This document shows positions 1-9,514 of a stretch of 64,000 nucleotides of DNA, in pieces. The notes under the pieces are model-generated. The model saw only the letters and a list, made by a program, of their open reading frames with translations, ran no database searches and was not told where the DNA came from. Position 1 is the first letter of the stretch, and each line of letters begins with the position of its first letter. The stretch is from NCBI GenBank assembly GCA_017549365.1, contig JAFYUZ010000027.1, positions 5,619-69,618 on the forward strand, read 5' to 3'. The stretch is from Clostridia bacterium (GTDB taxonomy: Bacteria > Bacillota > Clostridia > Oscillospirales > CAG-382). The position numbers were made by a program, and so were the translations under genes.

Positions 1-1
1 G

Positions 2-1438
2 AGAAGCGAAGTTGCCACCATCCTTGTTCGTATGATGGACGCAACAAAGAGAGTAGAGTTTTCTATGGGCGCTGAAGAAGAAAAACCCGAGGAAGAAAAA
101 CCCGAAGAAGCAAAACCCCTTGCAATCAAAACTCAGCCCGTAGCCGTTTCTGTAAACTCCGGCGAAACAGCAACTCTTGCAGTTGAAGTTGAAGGCGGCA
201 AGGCTCCCTACACTTATCAGTGGCGCAACACAGTTACAATAGTAAAGACAGTCACCACCAATTTTGAGGACTCGGAAACCGTTTCCGGCGCAACAACAAA
301 CGTTCTTAGTCTTATCAGCGATGTTAAGAAGACATATAACATCAACTGCGAAATCACCGACGCCGATGGTACAAAGGTCTATACAGACACAGTAACCGTC
401 TCGTTTAACGGCTCGAGTATCAAAGACAAGTTTGATGACGATGATACTGCTCTTGAAAAAAGCGACTTTAAGCTGGTAGTTAACGGTATTTATGTCGTTA
501 CCGGCCAGGGTCTTGTTGTAACCGGAAGGGTAGAATCCGGTATGCTTGAAGTAGGCGACGTTGTAGGATTTTATGACGAAAGCGGAATCTACAATCTCGC
601 AGATGCGTCTGTAACAGGCATTGAAATGTTCAATAAGCTTCTTCCGGACTGCAAAAGAGGCGACAATGTAGCTCTTCGCATCACTCTTGATCCCGAAGAA
701 TGGAAAGACAAGCTCGTTGAGGGTATGGTTATAAAATTTGAAAGAGAGCCTTATGCTCTTGCAATCAAGACACAGCCCGCAAGCGTTGCCGCAAAGATCG
801 GGGTTGACGTGGAATTTACCGTTGAAGCACAGGACGGCGTTGTTCCCTATAAATATCAGTGGCAGGTCAAGGACTATGCTTCGGATTGGGAAAACGTAAA
901 CGCAGGCTGGATCCCCAGCGCAACTTCTGCAACCCTTTCTTTCAAGGTTCACCAGGAAGAATTTGAAAACGCTTATCAGTATCGCTGCATCGTTACCGAC
1001 GGCAAAGGAAACAGCGTTACAACAGACGCAGTAAAGGTAAAAGATCCCGGCGCCACAACTCCTCTTGCAATCACCTCGCAGTCGGAAAGCAGCACCGCCA
1101 CCTACGGCACAGGTATTGTCAGCATTGAAGTGAAAGCAGAAGGCGGCAAAGCTCCCTATACCTATCAGTGGTATCAGATAGCTACCCGGAAGGTCGGCAA
1201 CAGATTTACAAATCTCAGTGTGGCAGTAACAGATGACGGCACAAAGATCGTTGGTGCTCAAACCGCAAATCTCAAGAGAATTCACACGGCTGCAGGCACT
1301 TACGTATACTTCTGTGAGATCACCGATGCCGACGGAAACAAAGTAAAATCAGACCGCATAACCATCACTTGTGATAAAGAAGCAAGCGGCGGCAGAGGAA
1401 GCATTCCCACCGGAAAAGGCCAATATTTTGAAGACTGA
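2..1438 (+). CDS. Ig-like repeat protein with an embedded EF-Tu domain-II-like barrel; probably 5'-partial
   Basis: The frame is open from the window edge and there is no RBS before the ATG at 32. A PE-rich linker is followed by three repeats of an Ig-like module: 'TQP..V..G..A.L.V.A.GG.APYTYQW ... Y.C.ITDADG.KV.'. Between repeats 1 and 2 lies the segment 'VVTGQGLVVTGRVESGMLEVGDVV..VTGIEMFNKLL..GDNVAL'. Confidence 0.7.
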   Translation, partial: RSEVATILVRMMDATKRVEFSMGAEEEKPEEEKPEEAKPLAIKTQPVAVSVNSGETATLAVEVEGGKAPYTYQWRNTVTIVKTVTTNFEDSETVSGATTNVLSLISDVKKTYNINCEITDADGTKVYTDTVTVSFNGSSIKDKFDDDDTALEKSDFKLVVNGIYVVTGQGLVVTGRVESGMLEVGDVVGFYDESGIYNLADASVTGIEMFNKLLPDCKRGDNVALRITLDPEEWKDKLVEGMVIKFEREPYALAIKTQPASVAAKIGVDVEFTVEAQDGVVPYKYQWQVKDYASDWENVNAGWIPSATSATLSFKVHQEEFENAYQYRCIVTDGKGNSVTTDAVKVKDPGATTPLAITSQSESSTATYGTGIVSIEVKAEGGKAPYTYQWYQIATRKVGNRFTNLSVAVTDDGTKIVGAQTANLKRIHTAAGTYVYFCEITDADGNKVKSDRITITCDKEASGGRGSIPTGKGQYFED

Positions 1439-1445
1439 ATAATGC

Positions 1446-1478
1446 AAAAAGCGGTGCCAAAAACGGCACCGCTTTTTC
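1446..1478. terminator. Bidirectional intrinsic terminator between convergent genes
   Basis: An 8-bp stem gcggtgcc/ggcaccgc (1451-1458 and 1465-1472) is flanked by an A-run upstream and a T-run downstream. Confidence 0.75.
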
Positions 1479-1490
1479 TTATTGAATACC

Positions 1491-2777
1491 TTATTTTCTT
1501 TTGGCAATTATCAAAACGTCCTCGTTGCATACGGCCTTTGTCACGGCGGTTTCGCCGTTTTCCACCGTCACCTTCGGGGTTATGATCCTTTTGCTTTCAA
1601 GGCAAATCGTTTTTATGTCATAGTCCGAAAGATCCTCGCAGAAGGTAAAATCGTCGTTGTAGGGAAGATAAACGACCCTCAATCCGTCCTTTTTTGCCAT
1701 ACAAAGCTTTTCGGATCTTGCCTTGTATCCGCCCTCGCAGTGGACCATGTCGGTCATATCGTAGTTTTCAAACAGCCATTTTGAATAGCCCGCATCCCAC
1801 GCACCCTCAAAATGCAGTGCGTCATAGCGCGAATAGGGCATGCTGGCAAAAACGGCGTTGTTGTATTTTTCTCCGTGGCGGTGCATTTGCCACACGCCGT
1901 GGGCGCCGTAGCTGATGCCAAGGTTCGCGCCTGTGAGAAGGCTTTGCCAGATGGCTTTTCTCACATGGAACGAGCCAAAACGGCCGTATTCAAAGGCAAA
2001 CGAAAGACCTTCGTAGCAGGGCTCGGTGTTCATAACCGGCTTTTTGTGGGGATTTTCGAGAAACATTTTTGAAAAACGGAATATGTTTTCCTGACCGATC
2101 GAAGGATCGGCAAGATTGTTGTTGTGTCCCGACTGATACGCGTAAAAATGATACTGCGGATGAGCGCACAGCTCTTCGGGAGGAATGGCATCGGGGCCGA
2201 TATGCAGAGTGGTAAGACCTTCGGGGTCAAGCTCGTAAAGAACGTCGAGCACAGTCTTGTAATACTTCACCACAAGCTCGGTTTCAAAATAGGTATCGCC
2301 CGAAACCGAATAGATGGGCTCGTATTTTTTGAACCTGTTTATCATGTATCTTGCAATAGGATCGACACATTCATAGGGCATGACCGTGTTGGGGCTTGAT
2401 TTTTCGCCCCAGGTATCGGGGATATAGTTTACCCAGAACAGATGAAGAAACGGGATCATGTCATATTTCTTCATGATAGAAAGCATTTTTTCGGCACGGT
2501 CAAAATAAGCGTCGTTTATGTTGTAAAAATCATATTTTCCGTCTTTGAAATGAAACGGGTGCATATCCTTTTCGCCGGGGCTGTTGTCGTGGGTACAGGG
2601 AAGCACGATAAATTGAATGGCGTTGAATCCCTGTTGCGAACGGCGGATAACAAATTCTTCAAAATCTTCGGGCTCCAGCTTTTGGAAAGCCGCCCATTCT
2701 GTGTCGGACAAAAGAAAAATCGGCTTTGAATCGAGTTCAAAATGGGTTTTTGATGCTGAAAGTTTTAATCTGCTCAT
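1491..2777 (-). CDS. DUF4038 / GH140-like glycoside hydrolase family protein
   Basis: 428-aa ORF. The N-terminal 'F.LDSKPIFLLSDTEWAAF' and the TIM-barrel-like layout are recalled from the DUF4038 family. The family assignment is from memory only. Confidence 0.55.
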   Translation of the reverse strand: MSRLKLSASKTHFELDSKPIFLLSDTEWAAFQKLEPEDFEEFVIRRSQQGFNAIQFIVLPCTHDNSPGEKDMHPFHFKDGKYDFYNINDAYFDRAEKMLSIMKKYDMIPFLHLFWVNYIPDTWGEKSSPNTVMPYECVDPIARYMINRFKKYEPIYSVSGDTYFETELVVKYYKTVLDVLYELDPEGLTTLHIGPDAIPPEELCAHPQYHFYAYQSGHNNNLADPSIGQENIFRFSKMFLENPHKKPVMNTEPCYEGLSFAFEYGRFGSFHVRKAIWQSLLTGANLGISYGAHGVWQMHRHGEKYNNAVFASMPYSRYDALHFEGAWDAGYSKWLFENYDMTDMVHCEGGYKARSEKLCMAKKDGLRVVYLPYNDDFTFCEDLSDYDIKTICLESKRIITPKVTVENGETAVTKAVCNEDVLIIAKRK

Positions 2778-2910
2778 GATCTTAACCTTCCTTTTCGCTT
2801 TTTGGTTTCTCCTTTGATTGTATAGGGTATCTGCGCTTTTGTCAACTGTTTATGTTGACAATTTTTCCCCGCGGATTTATAATAAAATAAACAAAATCGG
2901 AGGTGTGACA

Positions 2911-3714
2911 ATGAGGTTTGGTATAGCCGGATTTTTGCCGGGAAGCGAAAAGCGCATCGGCATGGCAAAAAATCTTGGATATGAATTTATCGAGAGCAGT
3001 CTTTCTGCTCTGCACGATGATTTTTCACAAGAAAGTATAGACGCTATGGCAGAGCAGATAAAAAGCATCGGCATGCCCTGCATTGCCGTCAACGGAATGT
3101 TTCCGAAGAGAATTGCTCTTCTTGGCGAAAGCGCCGACAAAGGCGAGATAGCGGAGTATCTTTGTTCCGCCTTCGAAAAAACGCAAGCTCTCGGCTTTGA
3201 CGTTTGTGTTCTGGGTAGCGGAAGATCAAGAAAAGTGCCCGACGGATATCCCATCGACCGTGCATACGGCGAATTTGCCGAGCTTCTTGCCGAAACGATA
3301 ATGCCTGTTGCCGAAAGGTTTGACAAAAACATCGTAATCGAACCGCTCAGCTACTATATCACCAACGTAATCAACACCCTGCCCGATGCCGTGCGTGTGG
3401 TAAAGGCTGTGGCAAATCCCCGTCTTTCGGTGCTCGCCGACTTTTTCCACATAAGCTACAACCGCGAAAAGCTTTGCGAATATGCCGATATGGGAAAATA
3501 TATAAACCACGTTCATATCGCAAGCTTTTCAAACAGATTTGCTTTTCCCCGCCCCTTTGACGGCGACGATTATCGGGAATTTTTCGCCTTTTTGCGCAAT
3601 TCGGGCTATGCGGCGCAAAACGTCTCGGTCGAGGCACAGGACATCACTTTTTCGAACGATGCGGAATTTACAAACACCCTTTCCTCCTCGCTCGGATACA
3701 TGAAGATGATGTAA
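2911..3714 (+). CDS. Sugar phosphate isomerase/epimerase (xylose isomerase-like TIM barrel)
   Basis: ATG at 2911 follows GGAGG (2898-2902). The sequence has AP-endonuclease-2 / xylose-isomerase-like character ('IVIEPL', 'HVHIA'). Confidence 0.7.
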   Translation: MRFGIAGFLPGSEKRIGMAKNLGYEFIESSLSALHDDFSQESIDAMAEQIKSIGMPCIAVNGMFPKRIALLGESADKGEIAEYLCSAFEKTQALGFDVCVLGSGRSRKVPDGYPIDRAYGEFAELLAETIMPVAERFDKNIVIEPLSYYITNVINTLPDAVRVVKAVANPRLSVLADFFHISYNREKLCEYADMGKYINHVHIASFSNRFAFPRPFDGDDYREFFAFLRNSGYAAQNVSVEAQDITFSNDAEFTNTLSSSLGYMKMM

Positions 3715-3838
3715 TTTCAAAGCCCGAATAAGCGGATTTTAGCACAGTTTTTCTTTAGCCGATCAGATATTCTGCTCGGCTTTTTCTTTGTATTCGCGGT
3801 CTTTTGTTGTTATAAGTTGCTCTGAAAATTGCGAAAAA

Positions 3839-3937
3839 TCAAATTCCGCCATGCAAAGAACAGCAACAAAAGACCTTGGCGTAATAATACGCAAAGCCGT
3901 AATAGTATGTGCCGTAAACGTTCTTTATAGCAGACAT
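3839..3937 (-). CDS. Candidate 32-aa Tyr/Cys-rich small ORF (MSAIKNVYGTYYYGFAYYYAKVFCCCSLHGGI)
   Basis: It is shorter than the ORFs listed in the ORF track. ATG at 3937 lies 8 nt after AGAAAGG and about 30 nt downstream of a TTGACA-17-TACAAT promoter. No homology is known to me. Confidence 0.25.
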   Translation of the reverse strand: MSAIKNVYGTYYYGFAYYYAKVFCCCSLHGGI

Positions 3938-3967
3938 GTTTTTGACCTTTCTTTTGATTTGTGCAGA

Positions 3968-3996
3968 ATTGTATAACAAAAAATCGGTATTGTCAA
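3968..3996 (-). promoter_or_regulatory. Sigma-A-type promoter, TTGACA-17nt-TACAAT, reading away from yicC
   Basis: Reverse complement of 3991-3996 is TTGACA. Reverse complement of 3968-3973 is TACAAT. The spacer is 17 nt. Confidence 0.55.
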
Positions 3997-4046
3997 GCGT
4001 TTTTTTGTTTTTTTAGGCAAAAATAAAAAATGAAGCTTCCATTTTC

Positions 4047-4075
4047 TTGACAAAAGGAAAGTGATGGTTTATAAT
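4047..4075 (+). promoter_or_regulatory. Consensus sigma-A promoter for the yicC-remA-gmk-rpoZ block
   Basis: TTGACA at 4047-4052, a 17-nt spacer, TATAAT at 4070-4075. Confidence 0.7.
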
Positions 4076-4158
4076 ATAAGGTGAAGTATTACCCGCTGTC
4101 CGCGCCGACAGCAAAAAAACACGATCGGAGGCTTGCGGTTGTTCCGCATGATTTTCAG

Positions 4159-5073
4159 ATGATTTTAAGTATGACAGGCCACGGCAGAGCATCCGAGCCT
4201 ATCCCCGGAAAAACTCTCACCGTTGAACTGAAATCGGTAAATTCCAGATATCTTGACATTACCTGCAAGATGCCGAAAATATACATACGCTTTGAAGAGC
4301 GCATAAAGCAGCTTATCCGCGAATACGCAGGCCGCGGAAAGATCGAGCTTTTCATAAGTTTTGACAATTTCACCGAGGACGACGATCAGCAGATCGCCCT
4401 TAACAAAGGCTATCTCAAAAACTATCTCGAATGTCTTTACGCCATGCGTGACGAGTTTGGTCTGCGTGATGACATAACGGTTTCTTCGGTTGCCGCCAAC
4501 CGCGACGTTTTTGTTATAACAAAAGCCGACGAGGAAGAGGACGAGGTTATCTGGTCGCGCCTTGAACCGGTGCTCAGATCCGCCCTTTCGGTATTCTACG
4601 AAATGAAGCAGATCGAGGGCGAAAAAATGAAAACAGACCTGCTCGAAAAGCTTTCGAACCTCGAAGCTATAATCGAAAAGATCAAAGAACGCCTTCCCGC
4701 AGTTGTTGATGCCTACCGCGAACGCCTGACGGCAAAGATCCGCGAAAGCCTTGAAAATCTCGTGTCGCAGGACATTGAGATCGCCGAAAGCCGCATAATC
4801 ACCGAGGTTGCCATCTTCTCGGACAAGGTGGCGGTCGATGAGGAAACGGTTCGCCTTGCCAGCCATTTTTCGCTTTTCCGCGAGATACTGTGCGGCGACA
4901 ACTCCAAGGACAAAAACCAGGTGGGCAGAAAGCTCGATTTCCTTTTGCAGGAGATCAACCGCGAGATCAACACCACAGGCTCAAAGGTCACCGATGCCGC
5001 AGTTGCTTCTCTTGTGGTGGATGCCAAGAGCGAAGCCGAAAAGATCCGCGAACAGGTACAAAACATAGAATAA
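4159..5073 (+). CDS. yicC: YicC family stress-induced protein
   Basis: The start 'MILSMTGHGRA' matches the canonical YicC N-terminus. The C-terminal 'GRKLDFLLQEINREINTTGSK' is the family signature. The track ORF start at 4081 is probably too far upstream. Confidence 0.85.
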   Translation: MILSMTGHGRASEPIPGKTLTVELKSVNSRYLDITCKMPKIYIRFEERIKQLIREYAGRGKIELFISFDNFTEDDDQQIALNKGYLKNYLECLYAMRDEFGLRDDITVSSVAANRDVFVITKADEEEDEVIWSRLEPVLRSALSVFYEMKQIEGEKMKTDLLEKLSNLEAIIEKIKERLPAVVDAYRERLTAKIRESLENLVSQDIEIAESRIITEVAIFSDKVAVDEETVRLASHFSLFREILCGDNSKDKNQVGRKLDFLLQEINREINTTGSKVTDAAVASLVVDAKSEAEKIREQVQNIE

Positions 5074-5099
5074 CCCAGATCAAAACGGAGTGATAGATT

Positions 5100-5369
5100 A
5101 TGAAACTGATCAATATCGGATTTGGAAACATGGTCTGCGCAGACAGAGTTGTTGCCCTTGTCAGCCCGGACTCTGCGCCGGTTAAAAGACTTATCCAGGA
5201 TACCCGCGACACGGGTATGCTTATCGACGTGACCTGCGGCAGACGCACACGCTCGGTTATCATCACCGACAGCGAGCACATCATTCTTTCTGCGATCCAG
5301 CCCGAAACCGTTTCGAACCGTATTGCAGGCGACGAAACCGACGATGGCGAGGAGGATGACGATGAATAA
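5100..5369 (+). CDS. remA: RemA/DUF370 family regulatory protein
   Basis: '[28 protein letters not shown]' is followed by an acidic tail. It occupies the conserved position between yicC and gmk. Confidence 0.85.
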   Translation: MKLINIGFGNMVCADRVVALVSPDSAPVKRLIQDTRDTGMLIDVTCGRRTRSVIITDSEHIILSAIQPETVSNRIAGDETDDGEEDDDE

Positions 5370-5973
5370 TATTAAAAGAGGCAGACTTATCGTTGTTTCG
5401 GGTCCTTCGGGCTCGGGCAAGGGAACAATCCTTTCCGAAGTTTTAAGAAGCCCCGACTATGTATATTCGGTCTCTGCCACCACCCGAAAACCCCGCGAAG
5501 GCGAGATCCACGGAAAGCACTATTTCTTCGTTGACAAAGCAGATTTTGAAAAGGGCATTGAAAACGGCGGATTTATCGAATACGCCGAATACAACGGCAA
5601 TTATTACGGCACCCCTTATGATTTTGTAAACAAAAATCTTTCGGAGGGCAAAAACGTGATCCTCGAGATCGAGGTCCAGGGAGCAATGCAGATAAAAAAG
5701 CGTTTTGCAGACGCACTCTTTATCTTCGTCACCCCCGAAAGCCGCGCCGAGCTGTCTGACAGACTTCATTCGCGCGGAACCGAGGAGGAAGAGGTCATCA
5801 ACCGCCGCCTTGCCATCGCCGACCGCGAGATCCCCGCATCCTTCCTTTATGATTACATCATCATAAACGAGCGCGGAAAACAGCAATGCGCCGTTGAAGA
5901 TTTCTTCTCGGCAGTGCGCGCCGCATCCCTTACCCCAAAAAGTCAGTACGACATTCTCAAAACATATTTTTAA
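5362..5973 (+). CDS. gmk: Guanylate kinase
   Basis: P-loop 'GPSGSGKGT'. ATG at 5362 lies 6 nt after GGAGG (5351-5355) and overlaps the end of remA. Confidence 0.9.
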   Translation: MNNIKRGRLIVVSGPSGSGKGTILSEVLRSPDYVYSVSATTRKPREGEIHGKHYFFVDKADFEKGIENGGFIEYAEYNGNYYGTPYDFVNKNLSEGKNVILEIEVQGAMQIKKRFADALFIFVTPESRAELSDRLHSRGTEEEEVINRRLAIADREIPASFLYDYIIINERGKQQCAVEDFFSAVRAASLTPKSQYDILKTYF

Positions 5974-6006
5974 TCAACCAACCCATTTTTTAAGGAGAGA
6001 AATATC

Positions 6007-6297
6007 ATGGTAAAACCGTCTATCGACGAACTCACAAACGGAAAATTCAACCGCTACATTCTTGTTATTGCCGCGGCAAAAAGCGCACGTTACATCACCA
6101 ACGTGACAGGTGCCATGGATGCTGACGATCTCGACAGAGTCAGCGATAACGGCATCGTTTCCAAAAAAGAATCTCTTGAGGACAAATCCGTAAAGATCGC
6201 CATCAACAAGCTGTACTCGGGCGATATCAAGCTCGACGAGGAAACTCTTGACAGAGCTCTTCATGCAGGTCTTAACGGTATTGAAGGCATCAACTGA
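6007..6297 (+). CDS. rpoZ: DNA-directed RNA polymerase subunit omega
   Basis: 'PSIDELT....NRY.LV..AAKSAR', in the conserved position after gmk. Confidence 0.85.
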   Translation: MVKPSIDELTNGKFNRYILVIAAAKSARYITNVTGAMDADDLDRVSDNGIVSKKESLEDKSVKIAINKLYSGDIKLDEETLDRALHAGLNGIEGIN

Positions 6298-6472
6298 GCT
6301 TCTTTTTTGAAATAATTTTGTCGCACGAAGGTTGTGGGGGATTTTTTGAAAAAAATCATCTTGCAGCCTTATGTGTGTTTTTTCGGGAAGTTTTGAAAAA
6401 GCGCAATTTTTGAAAAAAACACAAAAATTATGCTGAAAAATCGGTTTTTCACGCATAGAAAGGGAAAAGGCT

Positions 6473-8986
6473 ATGTCGAAATTTGTCGGAGTTTATATTC
6501 TTGACGCCGTCAGCGCCACAGATATGCTCTATGAATATTCGTTGCCCGAAAGGCTGCAGGATAAAGCCATGGTCGGCAAGCTTGCCGTTGTTCCCTTTGG
6601 CGGCGGAAACATAGCAAAGACCGCCGTTATCGTGTCATTGTCCGATGCCAGCTCTTTTGAAAAAACAAAACCCGTGCTGGGTATTCCCGAAAGCAATTTT
6701 TATCTGAAAAAAGACCTGCTCGACATCTGCGTGTTCCTGCGCGAAAACTGCTTTTGCACCTTTGGCGAGGCAGTGCGCACCGTCATGCCCACAGGTCTTG
6801 CCGTGAAGATCGACGAATACTACACCCTGAAAAACGGAGTGACCTTAAACGAGCACATCTATTCAAAGCTCAACAGCTCCGCCTGCGATATTTTAAGCAC
6901 CGTTTCGGGCACGGGCAAAGCAACCGTGCGCGAGCTTTGCGAAAAATTCGGCGCCGGCGCAAAAAAATGTGCGTCAGAGCTTGTGCGGCTCGGATATCTT
7001 GAAAAAGTCACCGACTCGTCTTTTCACGAAAACACAAAAGTTTCAAGGTATATCCGCCTTGCCCTGTCCGACGGCGAAATGGCAGATATTCTCGAATCGG
7101 GCTCCCGCCTTTTCACCCCCAAGCAACAAAATGTTTTAAGAGTTCTTTCGGAATGCGGCGGAACAAATCCGCTGGAAGATCTGCTTGTGCTCTGCTCGTG
7201 CGGGGAATCGGTGATACGCGAGCTGAAAAAGAAAAACGCCGTCGAATACGTGGCGGTAAAAGACTACCGCTCACCCTACAATTACTGCGAAATCCCCAAA
7301 AAGGAAGATTTTGAGCTTTCGAACGAGCAAAACGCGGCTCTTTCGACTCTGTCCGATCTTTATTTTGCACGCGAGCCCAAGGCGGCATTGCTTTACGGCG
7401 TTACGGGAAGCGGCAAAACAAACGTTATTCTCAAGCTTATCGACAAGGTGCTTGCCGACGGAAAACAGGTAATCTACCTTGTCCCCGAGATCGCTCTGAC
7501 AAGCCAGAACATTGCCATCTTTGCAGGGCGCTTCGGAAATCGCATTGCAGTTTTGCATTCCGCCCTTTCTGTCGGCGAAAAACTCGACGCCTGGAAAAGA
7601 ATCGACGAGGGAGACGCCCGTATCGTCATCGGAACAAGATCCGCCATCTTTGCCCCGACCAACGACCTTGGGCTTATTGTTATCGATGAAGAGCAGGAAA
7701 GCTCTTTCAAATCGGATATGTCTCCAAAATTCCACGCCCGCGACGTTGCCCGTTTCAGATGCGCAAAAAAGAGCGCCATGATGCTTCTTGCCTCGGCAAC
7801 TCCGTCGGTCGAAAGCTTTTATCGCGCAAAAGAAGAGCGATACACCCTTGTAACCATGAAAAACCGCTTCGGAAAGGCACATCTTCCCGAAGTTATCATA
7901 CACGACATGAAGCCAGAGCCCGCCTACATGGGCGACACGGGCGAAGGCGCCACCCCCTGCATGATCGGAAGTGTGCTCGATCGCCACATCCGCGAAAACC
8001 TTGAAAAAGGCGAGCAAACCATCCTTTTCATCAACAGGCGCGGCTACCACGCTTTTATGACCTGCCGCTCGTGCGGCACCCCCATGACCTGTCCCAACTG
8101 TTCGGTAAGTCTCACTTATCACAAATACAAGCGGGGCGGCGGACGTTATTCGGGCGGGGGCGAGATGGTTTGTCACTACTGCGGCCACACGGCAGACGTT
8201 CCAAAGATCTGCCCCACCTGCGGCAGTGCCCACATTGCTTTTTTGGGCACGGGAACCCAAACCCTTGAAGAAAACTTAGAAAAACTGTACCCGAATGCTC
8301 GCATACTGCGCATGGACACCGACACCACCTCGGGAAAGATGGCGCATGATGACATTCTTGATAAATTCCGCAAGGGAGAAGCCGACATACTGCTCGGCAC
8401 ACAGATGGTCACAAAAGGCCACGATTTCCCAAAAGTCACCCTCGTGGGGGTTATCCTTGCCGACACCTCCCTTTATCTGAACGATTACAGAGCGTGCGAA
8501 AAAACCTTTTCGCTTATGACACAGGTGTTGGGAAGAGCAGGCAGAGGAGAAAAGCCGGGGCGTGCGGTCATTCAGACCTATTCTCCCGAAAATGACACGA
8601 TCAGACTTTGCGCAAAGCAGGATTACGACAGCTTTTTCGACGGCGAGATCGCCCTGCGCAAAGCATCAATTTTCCCTCCTTTCTGCGATATTGTGACCTT
8701 TCTTTTCTCGTCCGAAGACGAACAAGCCGTGAAAAATGCGGCATCCGCTTTCGGAAAACAACTGGACCTTTACGCCAAGGGCGAATACAAAGGCACTCGC
8801 CTTATTGTTTTCGGCCCGTTTGAAGCGTCGGTATACAAATTGAACGGAAAATACAGAATAAGATATATCATCAAGTGCCGCTACGACAAGCAGACCAAAG
8901 AGCTTTTTAAAAAGCTCTTTCGCGAGTTTTCGTGCGCGGACGACAGAATCCACCTTTCGGCGGACGTCAATCCGTCGTCGTTATAA
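6473..8986 (+). CDS. priA: Primosomal protein N' (replication restart helicase PriA)
   Basis: Walker A 'GVTGSGKT', DEEQ box, Cys-rich zinc-binding region 'CRSCG..CPNCS...CHYCG...CPTCG', and a helicase C domain. Confidence 0.92.
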   Translation: MSKFVGVYILDAVSATDMLYEYSLPERLQDKAMVGKLAVVPFGGGNIAKTAVIVSLSDASSFEKTKPVLGIPESNFYLKKDLLDICVFLRENCFCTFGEAVRTVMPTGLAVKIDEYYTLKNGVTLNEHIYSKLNSSACDILSTVSGTGKATVRELCEKFGAGAKKCASELVRLGYLEKVTDSSFHENTKVSRYIRLALSDGEMADILESGSRLFTPKQQNVLRVLSECGGTNPLEDLLVLCSCGESVIRELKKKNAVEYVAVKDYRSPYNYCEIPKKEDFELSNEQNAALSTLSDLYFAREPKAALLYGVTGSGKTNVILKLIDKVLADGKQVIYLVPEIALTSQNIAIFAGRFGNRIAVLHSALSVGEKLDAWKRIDEGDARIVIGTRSAIFAPTNDLGLIVIDEEQESSFKSDMSPKFHARDVARFRCAKKSAMMLLASATPSVESFYRAKEERYTLVTMKNRFGKAHLPEVIIHDMKPEPAYMGDTGEGATPCMIGSVLDRHIRENLEKGEQTILFINRRGYHAFMTCRSCGTPMTCPNCSVSLTYHKYKRGGGRYSGGGEMVCHYCGHTADVPKICPTCGSAHIAFLGTGTQTLEENLEKLYPNARILRMDTDTTSGKMAHDDILDKFRKGEADILLGTQMVTKGHDFPKVTLVGVILADTSLYLNDYRACEKTFSLMTQVLGRAGRGEKPGRAVIQTYSPENDTIRLCAKQDYDSFFDGEIALRKASIFPPFCDIVTFLFSSEDEQAVKNAASAFGKQLDLYAKGEYKGTRLIVFGPFEASVYKLNGKYRIRYIIKCRYDKQTKELFKKLFREFSCADDRIHLSADVNPSSL

Positions 8987-9009
8987 TTTTTTCGAAAGGA
9001 ACAAATACC

Positions 9010-9495
9010 ATGGCAATTCTTAAAATAGTTGAAATAGGCGATGAAATACTTCGCAAAAAATGCCGCGAGGTAACCGAGATCACCCCCAAGATCACAACTC
9101 TGCTCGATGACATGAAAGACACCCTTATCAAAGCAAACGGCGTTGGTCTTGCGGCGCCCCAGGTGGGAATACTCCGCCGCCTTTTCATCATTGATGCCTG
9201 CACCGACGGCGAAAACCACGAGATCGTTGAATTTATAAACCCCAAGATAGTCGAAACAAAGGGACATCAGGAAGAGGTTGAGGGATGCCTTTCGGTTCCC
9301 GGAAAATACGGCGTTACCAGCCGCCCCATGACTGTGACGGTTGAAGCCACCGACAGAAACGGAAAAACCTTCCGCTACACCGGCACGGGTCTTTACGGCA
9401 GATGCCTTTGCCACGAAAACGACCATCTTGACGGTACTCTTTATATCGACAACGCTCTGGAGATGCTCGATCCCGAGGATCTCGAAGAAGAATGA
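9010..9495 (+). CDS. def: Peptide deformylase
   Basis: Motifs 'GVGLAAPQ', 'EGCLS' and 'HENDHL'. The ATG at 9010 gives the canonical 'MAILKIV' N-terminus. Confidence 0.92.
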   Translation: MAILKIVEIGDEILRKKCREVTEITPKITTLLDDMKDTLIKANGVGLAAPQVGILRRLFIIDACTDGENHEIVEFINPKIVETKGHQEEVEGCLSVPGKYGVTSRPMTVTVEATDRNGKTFRYTGTGLYGRCLCHENDHLDGTLYIDNALEMLDPEDLEEE

Positions 9496-9514
9496 TTTTT
9501 TTGCAGGTGATAAA

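Noticed and set aside
3788-3976. 62-aa plus-strand ORF in the intergenic region before yicC.
   Set aside because: It has no RBS, starts inside a terminator T-run and shows no family resemblance. The opposite strand has the better signal (promoter, RBS, small ORF).
6298-6472. Four copies of T(4-6)GA(3-7), such as TTTTGAAAAA, upstream of priA, and similar TTTTGAA / TTCAAAA palindromes upstream of gdhA (61450-61580). These could be CodY-like boxes.
   Set aside because: The sequence is AT-rich and low-complexity. The resemblance to the CodY consensus AATTTTCWGAAAATT is partial, and I cannot separate it from generic promoter-region composition without a genome-wide motif analysis.
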